Counted from the first letter of the stretch, positions 24,256-36,100 are shown. The stretch: DNA of 64,000 nucleotides from Eledone cirrhosa (GCA_964016885.1 OZ024741.1:222580001-222644000); one strand, 5' to 3'. Made by a program: numbers and translations. Notes: generated by a model not told the origin, from the sequence alone.

Positions 24256-26697
24256 CCTTGAATCTCAGTCATTGATGTTGGTTAACTGGAAAGTCCGTTG
24301 GATTGAATATCAAGCCACTACCTGCAGCCTCAGATATTCAGGACGTATCGGAGGGTTCTTGCTGTTCCAAGCAAGCATGCCTTTTGAAGCGTTCCAAAAA
24401 GCGTGAAGGTGCCGATTTTCTTTAACCCCCCCCCCCAGTGCGCCTATGACAATCGGGATCACTTTGACTTCATGGCAGTTCCAAATCCTTTTCACCTCCC
24501 ACTTTAGGTCCTGGTATCGGTTAATTTTCTCCCTCTCCTTCTCTTGCACTCTCGTGTCGAACGGGCAGGCCACATCCACAATCAGGCACGATCTTTTTTC
24601 TTTGTCCACAACCACCAGGTCAGGTCTATTGTGTTCCAGTTTTTTGTCCGTCTGTATCCTAAAATCCCACAGCACCTTCACCTGACTGTTCTCCATCACC
24701 GCCTCTGGCCTATGCTCATACCATTTCTCAGAATGTGGTAGATTGTTTACTTTGCACAGGTGCCAGTGGATCACCCTGCCCATCACATCGTGTCTCCAGC
24801 CCTTATAGTGGGTCTGGGCTAGGTGTTTACACTCGGACACAATGTGAGCCACAGTCTCCTCTCTCTCTCCACAGATCCTGCACAGTGGGCTAGCCTCCTC
24901 CTTGTAGATATGGTGCTTCAACCACTTCGTTTTGAGGGCCTGCTCCTGCGCAGCCATTAGCATTCCTTCTGTAGCCTTTTTGAGGTCTCCTCTTCTCAAC
25001 CAGTTCCATGTCTGTGGATCTCTAAATTCAGTTTTCTCAAAGAAGGTACTATGAAGGGATTTTCCCTTAAGGCTGCTCTTCCTCCTTGATGTTATTTCCT
25101 CCTTGGACATCCCCTGGCCTACTGTCCCCTCCTTCAGTACAGTTCTGAGCATTGGCTCCTTACTATAGGTCACGTATTTGTATAGGTTGTTTTTCTCCAT
25201 CTGAACACAGTCCTCTATGCTGATAAGACCTCTTCCACCCTCAGATCTCCTTAGGTAGAGTCTATCGACATCACTCCTCTTGTGGAACATGTTGTAGATA
25301 GTCAATAGCTTCCTAGTCTTCCTATCCATTTCTTTTTGTTCAGCAACATTCCATCTCAGAATTCCCGCACTGTACCTAATAATAGACACAGCTCGGGAAT
25401 TTACTGCGCTTATGGCATTTCTGCTGTTCAGATGTGACTTCAATACGCTCCTTACTCTCCGAATGTATTCAGTTCTTAACAATTCCTTCATTTTTTTGTT
25501 CTTTATGCCATCAGCCTCCAGAACGCCCAAATACTTGTATCCTTCCTCAGAGTCAATTTCCTTTATCATCTCACCTGTTGGTATCTGGATCCCGTTACTT
25601 CTGCTCAACCTACCCCTCTTCATCACAATGACTCCACATTTACCAATACCAAACTGCATACATATATCACTGCTGAAAATACGGACAGTGTCAACAAGCA
25701 CATCCAACTCCTTCTCACTTTTCCCGAAGAGCTTAAGATCGTCCATGAAGAGGAGGTGATTGATGGTAAGCTCTCCCCTTCCCAACTTGTATCCTGCTCT
25801 CACTTTTCGCAGCATAATGGTCAAGGGCATCAGGGCAAGGACAAACAACAGAGGGGACAGGCTATCTCCCTGGAAGATACCTCTCTTGATCTTCACGCTT
25901 CCCAAGGATACTCCAGTTGATGTCAACTCTGTCTCCCAGGACCCCATACTCCTGCCCAGCAACTGTCTGATGTTATCTGCCACCCTGAAGACCTCCAGGC
26001 TTTTGGTGATCCAGGAATGAGGCACCATGTCAAATGCCTTTCTGTAGTCTATCCATCCCATGGCAAGATCAGTGTGTCTCCTCCTGCAATTCCCCATTAC
26101 CATCTTATCAATAAGCAACTGGTCCTTTGTACCACGTGACTTCTTTCGGCATCCTTTCTGTTCGTCCGGTAACAAGTTGTTTGTGTGGAGGTGATGGTAG
26201 ATTTCCTCAGACACAATGCTCGTCAACAGTTTCCACATTACGGGAAGACATGTGATAGGTCTATAGTTGGTAACATCATTACCCTTGATTCGGTCTTTCA
26301 TTATCAGAACTGTGGTACCTTTTGTCAACCACTCTGGCACCTCACCCGACACCAAGCAGTCATTGAACATGGCCGTCAGCTTCGGGTGGAGGGATTTTAA
26401 ATGTTTAATCCAATACCCCTGCACACCATCTGGGCCTGGTGATTTCCAGTTGGTTAGTTTTTTGGCTTGCCCCTTAAGAGTTTCAACTGTGATACTCAAA
26501 TCAGTCTGTTGTTGTGCCTTCTCACCGATCTCCCTCTGTACTGTCTCAATCCACCCTGCCTGGGCATTGTGTCTAACATCCTGCTCCCATATTCCTCTCC
26601 AGAATGTTTTAGCTTGTTCCGCCCCAGGGATCAAGTCGTTGCCTCTTTCTTTCCCCTCAAGCTGTCCAAACAGCATCTTCTGGTTGTTGTCGAACAG
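24256..26697 (-). mobile_element. 5'-truncated R4/Dong-like RLE non-LTR retrotransposon (family B) next to (TAA)n
   Basis: Contains the RT-CCHC-RLE ORF; short 3' UTR then AATAACAATAACAATAATAAT on the element strand; homology stops at LFDNNQK (~26697). Confidence 0.9.
24310..26676 (-). CDS. Reverse transcriptase / CCHC / restriction-like endonuclease polyprotein (N-truncated, C-terminal frameshift)
   Basis: YRPITCL, EQKGC, DYRKAFD, QGDSLSP, LFMDD; CRICGEREETVAHIVSEC; RHD; RPDLVVVD..DVACP..K; true end LQKACLLGTARTLR lies in another frame after the G-run at ~24426-24436. Confidence 0.88.
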   Translation of the reverse strand: MLFGQLEGKERGNDLIPGAEQAKTFWRGIWEQDVRHNAQAGWIETVQREIGEKAQQQTDLSITVETLKGQAKKLTNWKSPGPDGVQGYWIKHLKSLHPKLTAMFNDCLVSGEVPEWLTKGTTVLIMKDRIKGNDVTNYRPITCLPVMWKLLTSIVSEEIYHHLHTNNLLPDEQKGCRKKSRGTKDQLLIDKMVMGNCRRRHTDLAMGWIDYRKAFDMVPHSWITKSLEVFRVADNIRQLLGRSMGSWETELTSTGVSLGSVKIKRGIFQGDSLSPLLFVLALMPLTIMLRKVRAGYKLGRGELTINHLLFMDDLKLFGKSEKELDVLVDTVRIFSSDICMQFGIGKCGVIVMKRGRLSRSNGIQIPTGEMIKEIDSEEGYKYLGVLEADGIKNKKMKELLRTEYIRRVRSVLKSHLNSRNAISAVNSRAVSIIRYSAGILRWNVAEQKEMDRKTRKLLTIYNMFHKRSDVDRLYLRRSEGGRGLISIEDCVQMEKNNLYKYVTYSKEPMLRTVLKEGTVGQGMSKEEITSRRKSSLKGKSLHSTFFEKTEFRDPQTWNWLRRGDLKKATEGMLMAAQEQALKTKWLKHHIYKEEASPLCRICGEREETVAHIVSECKHLAQTHYKGWRHDVMGRVIHWHLCKVNNLPHSEKWYEHRPEAVMENSQVKVLWDFRIQTDKKLEHNRPDLVVVDKEKRSCLIVDVACPFDTRVQEKEREKINRYQDLKWEVKRIWNCHEVKVIPIVIGALGGGVKENRHLHAFWNASKGMLAWNSKNPPIRPEYLRLQVVA

Positions 26698-27173
26698 TGA
26701 TGGTGCTGTAGCGGTGGCAGCAGCAGTGAAGGAGTCAAGGGGTGGTGGCGGCGGTGATGGGATAGTGGTGGTAATGATGGCCGTAGTGAGCGGTGGCGGT
26801 GAAGGTGAAAATGCTGTTGTGTTTAGTGTACACAGATGATGGGGTGGGTGGTGTATCTAGTTTCTGGTGTTGGTGAGTTTAGCTGTCCTATATAGTGTAG
26901 CCAGAGGAGAGGAGGGGGGGGGGGGGTTCTTCTTCTTCCATTTATAGCCATTTTTTTTTTGGGATATATAGTGTACAATACAAAGTTGAATATTTGAATA
27001 TTTGAGCCTTATAACAATATATTTTGGGTCCGAATTTTTTGGGGCTCAAGCCGGGTGCTTTACGTAGCATTTGTACTAAGAGTTGTTATTTCACAAATGA
27101 TTTAAATATGTTAAAAATTCAAAACTTACGGGAGCGATTTCATGACCTCCGTCACCTCGTGCGTCTTCTTCCC

Positions 27174-27175
<2 letters not shown>

Positions 27176-27226
<51 letters not shown>
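27176..27226 (+). repeat. (ATT)17 preceding Tx1 copy 1
   Basis: Pure ATT tract immediately 5' of the element start GGCGACC. Confidence 0.95.
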
Positions 27227-27433
27227 GGCGACCTACGTAGTAAATCGTATCATCGTGAGCTCCGCAAAGGTTTGTTATTTCCGTTTGTTAAAAATTGTCA
27301 TTTATGGAAAATTTTATTGTTAACTGTTTATAAGCGCACATACATTGTTTTCCGAAAAGGACACCCAAAAAGATTGGGGCCTTGTGCCCAAAATTTAAAC
27401 TTTTATTATTATCAAAAAATTTCTTTGAAAAAA

Positions 27434-29398
27434 ATGGCTAATTCACCTCTGCACGAAGCAGCTGAAAGCCTTCCTCACAAATTAACACCTCACACCGACA
27501 CCACCATTGTAAATGTTACTACGTTTGCCAACACAAAAAAAAATATAAGCACTAGCAATATTTTAAATTTGTCTCAGGCAGACATTCATTTCCCGCCATT
27601 ACCAATGACTGCAGGTGTTAAAGCCTCCACCACCACCACCGCGACAACCACCACCACCACCACCACCGCGACAACAGAAACAAAAGAAGAAAAAAATAAA
27701 TTAACTCGTGATGTCGAAATGAAATCAAGCAAAATGGACTCTTCCCCACCAAAGACGACTGACGTCACCACCACCACAACTGAAACTAAAATTAATATTA
27801 ACGATAGCAACAACAACAAAAATGACATTATAACCCCCCCCCCCCAGTTTCGCCAGAGTAGCAAAACAGTTCGAAGCATTTACGGTAACTCAGGAGGATT
27901 TAGAAAATGCCAAACAAATGGTAAAGAAAGATGGGTACAGGGTCAGCCTCACCCCCCCCCCCCCCCCACCTAATAAAATGGAGCATCGGCGCCTATGCAC
28001 CGTGTCGTATAGAACAATAAATGTAAAATCGCGCCGAGTGGAACGGGCATCCGAGTCCCAAATCCAAAAAGCTTTGGGACATGTGTGGGCAAGAAAAACC
28101 CACATCAGACGTGGGCAAAAGTATGGAACCGTGGACGTGTTCTTTGAAACGCCAGAGGAGGCTAGAGAACACTCCATGGCCTCATTAAGAAGTGACGACT
28201 TCACACTCGTCCCAAGCTATTGTGGCCAGAGACTCGTAAAGATCAGGGTGACCCACGTTCCACCGGCCATCGAAATTCCATGGCTAATAGCGGCCGTCCT
28301 CGCCGGCATCGAAGCCAACACGAAAATAATAGCAATAGCAAAAGAAAAGCAGGAGAACTGGTCCGGATCTGGGATGGAGCTCCTGATCCAAGCGGGCCAA
28401 AAAAGCATTGAGGAGATCCCAGAGGTAATAGACCTCACTGACGGCAGCCACCTCACGGTAATTGTCGAGGGCAGAAGACCTAGGTGTGTCGTTTGTGGTG
28501 AAGGAACCCACCTAAGGGCTTTCTGCCCTCAGGCTAAAAGGTTGAGGCCACCTCTCCTACCCACCCCAGTGACACAACCATCAACACCACCAGTAGCAGA
28601 GATGGCAGCAACAACTGTAGCAGCAACAACAGAAGCAACTATAACAGCAACAACCCCAGCAACAGTAGCAAAACCAACACCACCAGCACCCAACGCTTCA
28701 GAACTAGCACCAGCGCCTACACCATCCACCACGCCACAACCAAAACTAACGGCTGTGGAGGATTTTCCACTCCCCGGCCTATCACAACTGGAGACAGATT
28801 GTGACGACGAGGAGTGGGAAACGATATCCGGAAAAAAAAAAGAAACCAAAAAAGAAAAAATTCTCTTCCTTCCCCCTCCAAAAACAAAATACAGAGGGAA
28901 ACAAATAAATTAAGAAACAAAAAAGTTAGGACAGATATGCCACCATCCACACCAGCATCACCAACCCCATCAACCCAAACACCAACACCATCACCATCAT
29001 TAACCCCAACACCACCATCACCTACACCACAAAAGTCACCAAAATGCGAAACAGAAACAAACCCACAACAAACGCAAACAAAACAAAACAACCAAAACGA
29101 TACACACTACACAGCATTAAATTTGAACAACAAGCAATTATTACACTACATCCAACACAACACCAGCATCACAGAAAAAGACTACACAACAACCCCAAAA
29201 TTCACACCACCTCCACACATACAAATCACTCGCATCACACAGAAAACGTACATGACACTAAAACAAAAATTCCCCAAAGACATCGGAGACTTCCGACAAG
29301 CACTCTCCAGGAGGATTTATAAGGACATCCTTCCTGAGGAGGCCACAAGCAGTGAAAAGGATGGAAAAACCGTCCTTCCCCTACGAGAAGTAAGGTAA
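27434..29398 (+). pseudogene. Tx1 copy 1 ORF1 (CCHC nucleic-acid-binding protein), split by two homopolymer frameshifts
   Basis: Pieces 27434-, 27918-28913 and 28814-29398; CVVCGEGTHLRAFC; frame changes at the C-run ~27834-27845 and the A-run ~28832-28841. Confidence 0.8.
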
Positions 29399-29432
29399 GT
29401 GGTCTTTCCCATCTTTTCCACTCCTTTTCAAC

Positions 29433-32400
29433 ATGACCTCACTCAGAATAGGCAGCATAAATGCGCGTGGCTTGGGGTCGTCATGGAAGCAGGGCCACCT
29501 GCTCAACGACCTCAGGTCACTAAACATAAATGTAGTGGCCATCAGCGAGACCAGAATCTCCGAAGCACAGGCTTTCGCACCGATCTTCGGCGGCTACGAT
29601 GTGTACGCATCTCCCAGCCGTCCGGGATCGGGGGGTGGAGTTGCTGTGCTTTTTCGGAGAGGTTTGGATCTTGCCATACGGGCCATCTTCCTGGACCCAG
29701 AAGGTAAGTTGGTGGTGCTGGACGTGACCAGCGGAGACGGGCAAGCTTTCAGGTTAGTGGCCGTCTATGCCCCGACAGGAGCAGGGCGGCCTGATTTCTT
29801 CCGGCGTCTGGAGACCTTTCTTGGAACGTCCCGCTCTTTAGTGTTAGTGGGCGACTGGAACGGGATCTTAGATGCACGCTGGGATTGTGTGGGATTAGTG
29901 GGTAGGGAAGGAGGGTGCAAGAGTCTCACCAACCTGCTCAGACGTTTTGAACTGTCTGACAGGTACCGAATGGATTTCCCGAATGTACCAATGTGGACTT
30001 GGACAAATCGCATAGGGTCATCCAGATCATATCTAGATAGAGTATTTTGTAGGGAAATAGATAGGTCTAGCATAGGCTGTCCACAATTCAAGATAGTCAG
30101 CTACACGGACCACAAATTCGTGATCTGTGTGCTTGACTTAGATAGGCTTCATAGACGAGGATCCGGCTACTGGAAGCTAAACGCGTCCTTACCAGCGCGC
30201 AAGGCCTACAGAGACCGGATAAGCGAACTAGTTAAGCGGGCGTTGACGGGGGCCATCGTCAACAACAAGTGGTGGTTTGCTCTGAAAAGAGCAATTAGAA
30301 TAGAGTCCATTAGGTTTAGTAAGACTTTAGCAATAGAGAAAAATAGATCAGAGGGAGAATTAGTTAGAAAATTAGATGAGGCGCTTAGCAAAGGCATCGC
30401 GACCGACGTACTTGCGGCGAAATTGGCCCTTGACCAATTCTTCAATGCAAAGCACGAAGGCTGCGTTGTCAGAGCTAGGGTGCGTGCTCTCAGACATGAG
30501 GGGACGAAAGCCGTTCAATGGGCCCGAGTGGCGGAGGCGCGTCGTGGCAACAAAGCCACGATCCGGTCTTTGGTGGACCACGAAGGGCGCATGCTACTCG
30601 ATCCCGGGCAAATGTGTGAAGCTTTTCAGCGACACTTCGCTCAACTGTTCGGGGGCAGTGGCGGGCCGGATCGAGGGATGGACTTTAGTGTCTACCTCGA
30701 CGGACTGCCGCGGCTTTCGGCCACTGAGGCGGAGTGTTGCGAAAAGCCGATAACAACCGCTGAAGTACGGGATGCAATGACTAGTTGCACAAGGGGTAAA
30801 TCGCCTGGTTTGGATGGTCTGCCCTATGAACTTTACGTACAAATGCCAAACTTGTTCGGAGGCCTCTTGGCGGACGTCTACTGCAACTGGCAACAGAACG
30901 GGCGATTTCCCAGCTCTGTGAGCCGAGGAGCGGTGGCGCTGCTGAGAAAGGATCCGAACAAGGGGGATAACATAGATAATTTTAGGCCCATAACTCTGCT
31001 AAACACAGAGTTCAAGATTTTGGCCAAGGTGCTAGCAAAGAGGTTGGCGCTTGTCGTTGGTGGTCTGGTGGGAGAGGCACAGACATGCGCCATTCCCGAC
31101 AGATCCATCCACGACAACCTCCACCTCATGCGATACATCGTAGAGAGGGTAGCTAGGGAACCTGGCACGGGTGGGTCCTTGATCAATTTAGATCAGTCGA
31201 AAGCCTTCGATAGGGTCGACCATCGTTACCTAGCGGCAGTCCTGAGGGCGGCTGGCTTTGGGCCCTTCTTCAGAGGCTGGATCGCTGCCATGCACAGCGA
31301 CATCTGCTCTGTGGTGAGAGTGAACGGTCACCTTTCGGAACCGTTCAACATCATACGCTCGGTCCGCCAAGGATGTCCCCTCTCGTCCCTATTGTACGTA
31401 TTGACTCTCGAGCCATTACTGCACAAACTGGAGACGTTGAGGTGGGTCCCGCGCGAACTAGGATGCAGAAGATCCGTGTCAGCATATGCCGACGATGTCA
31501 CCGTAGTGGTGTCGAACGCCAAACACATCGAAGCGATCGGCACTACACTAAGAGAATACGAAGCGGTGACAGGAGCAATGATCAACCAGGAAAAGTCAGT
31601 GGGACTGCAGCTCGGCACCTGGAGAGGCAGGTCCATGCCGTCCAACAGCGTCGTCGGGCGCTGGACGGACGGACCGGTTAAATTGCTAGGGGTCTGGTTC
31701 GGTCCAGACCTCCAGACGGACAAAAACTGGGACGAGGTGACGAGCAGGGTGGCTTCTCTCACCCAGAAATGGGCCGAGAGGAAGCTATCCCTGAAAGGTC
31801 GAGCGGAGGTGGCGAATGCGTACATCGCATCCGTCATCTACTACCGCCTGACCGTCGTACCTTGTCCTAAGCCCCGCCTGACTGCGCTGGAGCGTTTGCT
31901 CTTTCGCTTCTTGTGGAAGGGACGTGCTCCGATGGTCAGGCGGTCCATCTGCTGTCAACACCCGCTACGTGGAGGGCTGAGCATGCCGTGGCTGATGATG
32001 CGCAGACACGCGCTCAGGCTACGACATCTCCACCTCTTCCTCGACGGTGATCAGGTGTGGTCGTCGTTTGCTAGACACGTTTTTCCCCAGCTCGTCTCCT
32101 TGATGGAGCTGCAGTTCTGGGTCAAGCGAAGACCGAGAGGGAGCGCTTGGAGACTGGAATGTCTTCAGGCGCTCACAGCCCTCGACCAATCGGGCAATGT
32201 GATCGGTGGAAACCCCACCTCGGCGTTCTATAGGGGATTAGTGGAGGGGAAGAGCGACGACGTACTTGGAGAAACTCTAGGCGTCGACGAAAATCAACTA
32301 GCCACTCTCTTCGGAAGGACTTTCGGGCCGGGGCCTATGGACAACTTCCAGAAATCCCTGGCCTGGCAGTGCTACCGAGGAGCTTTGCCAGTTCGGGATA

Positions 32401-32852
32401 AACTCTACAGGCATGGAGGTGCCGTCAGCCGGGCATGTCCGAGATGCGCGCAGGGCGACGAAACCGTCCTGCACGCACTCGTCCAGTGTCCGAGCATTGC
32501 TGACTTGTGGGTTTATGTCGAACACCTGCTGTCACGTGTAGGACGGATCCAGCTATCAGCTGAGTCTATCGTGAGGATTGCCCCGCCCCCTTCCTTTAGC
32601 CGGGAAGGGCAGGCAGTTTTTATCTGTCTGGTGGCCATGGCGAAAGAGATAGTATGGTGGACACGTTTGAAAGGGCTGAAGACGAGCACTTACCTCTTCG
32701 GTGATGCCCTGATTAACTTTTTCAAATTTCATTTGAAAAGGAAAATCAGGGTAGAGAGGGAAGTGCTCCCTTCCCAGCATTTTGTTGAAAGATGGGTGAG
32801 AGAAGCAAGTATGGCCCGAATGAATGGGCCTTCTCTGAGTATGTGTCTGTAA
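29433..32852 (+). CDS. Tx1 ORF2: AP endonuclease, reverse transcriptase and C-terminal CCHC finger (1139 aa, intact)
   Basis: GSINARG, ISET, VYAP, GDWN, YLDR, TDH (APE); FRPITLLN, LDQSKAFDRV, QGCPLS, YADD (RT); CPRC..ETVLHALVQC. Confidence 0.97.
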   Translation: MTSLRIGSINARGLGSSWKQGHLLNDLRSLNINVVAISETRISEAQAFAPIFGGYDVYASPSRPGSGGGVAVLFRRGLDLAIRAIFLDPEGKLVVLDVTSGDGQAFRLVAVYAPTGAGRPDFFRRLETFLGTSRSLVLVGDWNGILDARWDCVGLVGREGGCKSLTNLLRRFELSDRYRMDFPNVPMWTWTNRIGSSRSYLDRVFCREIDRSSIGCPQFKIVSYTDHKFVICVLDLDRLHRRGSGYWKLNASLPARKAYRDRISELVKRALTGAIVNNKWWFALKRAIRIESIRFSKTLAIEKNRSEGELVRKLDEALSKGIATDVLAAKLALDQFFNAKHEGCVVRARVRALRHEGTKAVQWARVAEARRGNKATIRSLVDHEGRMLLDPGQMCEAFQRHFAQLFGGSGGPDRGMDFSVYLDGLPRLSATEAECCEKPITTAEVRDAMTSCTRGKSPGLDGLPYELYVQMPNLFGGLLADVYCNWQQNGRFPSSVSRGAVALLRKDPNKGDNIDNFRPITLLNTEFKILAKVLAKRLALVVGGLVGEAQTCAIPDRSIHDNLHLMRYIVERVAREPGTGGSLINLDQSKAFDRVDHRYLAAVLRAAGFGPFFRGWIAAMHSDICSVVRVNGHLSEPFNIIRSVRQGCPLSSLLYVLTLEPLLHKLETLRWVPRELGCRRSVSAYADDVTVVVSNAKHIEAIGTTLREYEAVTGAMINQEKSVGLQLGTWRGRSMPSNSVVGRWTDGPVKLLGVWFGPDLQTDKNWDEVTSRVASLTQKWAERKLSLKGRAEVANAYIASVIYYRLTVVPCPKPRLTALERLLFRFLWKGRAPMVRRSICCQHPLRGGLSMPWLMMRRHALRLRHLHLFLDGDQVWSSFARHVFPQLVSLMELQFWVKRRPRGSAWRLECLQALTALDQSGNVIGGNPTSAFYRGLVEGKSDDVLGETLGVDENQLATLFGRTFGPGPMDNFQKSLAWQCYRGALPVRDKLYRHGGAVSRACPRCAQGDETVLHALVQCPSIADLWVYVEHLLSRVGRIQLSAESIVRIAPPPSFSREGQAVFICLVAMAKEIVWWTRLKGLKTSTYLFGDALINFFKFHLKRKIRVEREVLPSQHFVERWVREASMARMNGPSLSMCL

Positions 32853-33094
32853 ATTAAAGGTGGAAAACTGGGAGAGGGCACTTGCCCTGGTGGTCAGGGC
32901 CACTGTGGTCTTTTAATGGGCTTTCTCCACAAATGTCCCTCGGAAGTCTCCCCCCTATTGGGGAATTTTTCTTTGTTATTTTATTTCATCCTCTGTTTTT
33001 TTACACGCAGAAATGCCCATTTGTACCGTCCTGTACTGTCCTGTACTGTCCTTTATGTCTACTTTATGTAAACCCTTGTGGTTAATAAAGAAAA

Positions 33095-33095
<1 letters not shown>

Positions 33096-33137
<42 letters not shown>
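33096..33137 (+). repeat. (ATT)14 spacer between Tx1 copies 1 and 2
   Basis: Pure ATT tract. Confidence 0.95.
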
Positions 33138-36100
33138 GGTTGGTGAAGCCACGCTTCTTATCGCCTCCAGTCTTTTTCAACGTTTTACCTCTTTTTCAAC
33201 CGTTCTAAACCTTTTATTCAAGTTTTAAATTTGATAAAAGTTTAAAAGAAGTGACCCACCTAATACAGGGGTTCACTAGTAAATAATACGGTATCCCTTT
33301 ACGGGGTGTCGTATTCGTATTTGTGTAAAAATATTTTTTGAAAAATTTCAATATGGATAACACAAAAAAGAGAGAGCGCTGTCAGACAACACAGAGAGAG
33401 GGAGACTTTATCAGCATGTCAACAAGACAGCATTCCAGCGGAGGTAAATATAAACGAAAATATTACAAAGGAAAAAAAAGATTGTTACAGATTTAAAATT
33501 AACAAATATTTCTAACACAAACAACACCAACAATAACACCAACAACATCACCAACAACAACACCAAAAATAACAGCGGTAAAGTTGAGAACGACAATAAC
33601 AAAAATAAAAGCGGTAAGGTCGAGAACGACAATAACAATGACAATAACAACATCCACAACAACAATAATAGTAGGAACAGTATCAACAAAAGCAACAATA
33701 ATAACAACAGCCACAATAACAGTTACAGCAGCAACAGTATCAACGAAAACAACACCAACAACTGTACCAGCGAAAAGAACAACAATGACACCGATACCTG
33801 TAATAGCGACCTCAGCACCACCAGTAAGACCAGTAGCGGCAGCAATAGTGGTGCTGCTGAAAAAGGGACCACTTCTTTTGCAGGTGTCGCCCGAAATATC
33901 GAGACAGTGTTAGTCACAGAGGAGGAGATGGCAGTCGCAAGGGCCATGGTGACAAGAAGCGCAAATAGAGTTTCCCTGAAACCTCCACCCGATTTTTTAA
34001 AGGACCAGCAGTTACGAACGGTGACTTACCGCACCGTAAGAAAAATCTCACATCGAGTGGAGAGTGCCACGGAGGCTCAAATCCAAAAGGCCTTGGGGTG
34101 CGTCTGGGCACGCAAAACCCACATCACCCGAGGCAGAAAGTACGCCACAGTAGACGTACTTTTCGCTACCCCCCAGGAAGCAGTTACAGGTCTATGGTCT
34201 AATGGGACAATAGTTATAGCAGGCTGAGGTGTGACGAGTGAGGAGTTAGTCTTTGTGCCCGCCTACTGCGGGCAGCAAATTGTGAGGGTCAAAGTGACCC
34301 AGGTCCCACCCGACGTGCCCATACCTTGGCTGGCCGTGTCTGTCCTTGCTGGAATTGAGAACAGGGCGACCATGCTGCAAGTAGAAAAAATAGGGAGAAA
34401 GAACTGGTCAGGTATAGGCATGCAAATGCTTATACAAACTGAATAGGAATGTATCGAGGCTATCCCCGATATCATAGACTTTGGTGAAGGACTCTAACTC
34501 CCTATAAGTGTAGAAGGAAGACGGCCAAAATGTTATCTCTGTGGGTCGAAAGGTCACCTCAGGGCCTTTTGCCCGCAGAAGACACCGAAGAGGGCCCCTC
34601 TCCTTCCAATACCTGGTCCGCTGCTACCAAGAGCAGGACAGGCAACAAACGAAGAAGCCCCTTCCAGGGTGAGTAGGAGGGCAACGTCCGTAGCACCCGT
34701 ACCAAGGCCACGGATAACTAAGCAGCATCATCAGTAGCGGCAACACCAATAGCTACATTTGAAATAGCTACACCAGCAACAACATTGCCGAAGAGGGCTC
34801 CACTACCACCACCAACAGCTGTGGAGCACATACCCCTCCCAGACGCCACAGAATCCGACATGGAGTTTGAGGCGGGAGTGACGTAGTAAACAGTCTGCCA
34901 CAAAAAAGAAAAAAGAAAACCCTTAGATTCACCCTCCAAAAGCGAAGGCATACAAAGAGGGGTAAAGGCAGCAAGGAAACTTGCAGCAACACCACCACAA
35001 ACACCAACAACGCAAACACAACAAGACACACACACCAAACAGCAACAAGAAGAAAACGGCAACAAAATCACCCCTCCCCCCAAAAAAGTACACAGCCATA
35101 AACATAGCAAAAAAAGAACTCATAAAATATATAAAGCAGCACACAGACATCACGGAAAAAAATTACTACACCCCACCAACACCAAGAACTCTCCCGACAA
35201 ACATAAGCATCATCGAAATCTCAATAGAACAATACAAACCTTTAAAACAAAAATTCCCCAACGCAGTTGGAGACTTTAGAGAGACGGTTACCAAGAGGAT
35301 ATACACTGACATCCTCTTGGAAACACCCATGACCAGCGAAAGGGACGGTTCTACTGTCACTTCACCACACGAACAAGGTAAGTGACCCTTTCTCATTTGC
35401 CCCGTTTCTCATCCAACATGGCTGTACTCAGAATAGGAAGTATAAATACACGTGGTCTGGGGTCATCTTGGAAGCAGGGTCACCTGCTCAATGACCTCAG
35501 GTCACTAAACATAGATGTGGTGGCCATCAGTGAAACCAGAATCTCCGAGGCACGGGCCTTCGCACCGATCTTCGGCGGCTACGATGTATACGCATCTCCC
35601 AGCCGTCCAGGATCAGGGGGAGGGGTTGCCGTCCTTTTCAGAGAGGCTTGGATCTCGCGATACGGGCCATCTTCCTGGACCCAGAAGGTAAGTCGGTGGT
35701 GTTGGACGTGACCGGCAACGAAGGCAATGCTTTCAGGCTAGTAGCCGTCTACGCCCCAACAGGGGCAGGACGGCCAGATTTCTTCAGACGTCTAGAGACC
35801 TTTCTTGGAACGTCCCGCTCTTTAGTGTTAGTGGGCGACTGGAACGGTATCTTGGATGCACGCTGGGATCGTGTGGGGCTAGTGGATAGGGGAGGAGGGT
35901 GCAACAGCCTCACCAACCTGCCCAGACGTTTTGAACTGTCTGACAGGTATCGACTGGATCACCCGAATGTGCCAATGTGGACATGGACAAACCGCATCGG
36001 GTCATCCAGATCGTATCTAGATAGGGTATTCTGCAGGGAACTAGATAAGGCTAGTATAAGTTGTCCACAATTTAAAATAGTCAACTACACAGACCACAAA

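Larger units (their letters stand above)
27227..33095 (+). mobile_element. Tx1-like non-LTR retrotransposon, full-length copy 1
   Basis: ~200-bp 5' UTR, ORF1, intact ORF2, 3' UTR ending CCCTTGTGGTTAATAAAGAAAAC; bounded by (ATT)n on both sides. Confidence 0.96.
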
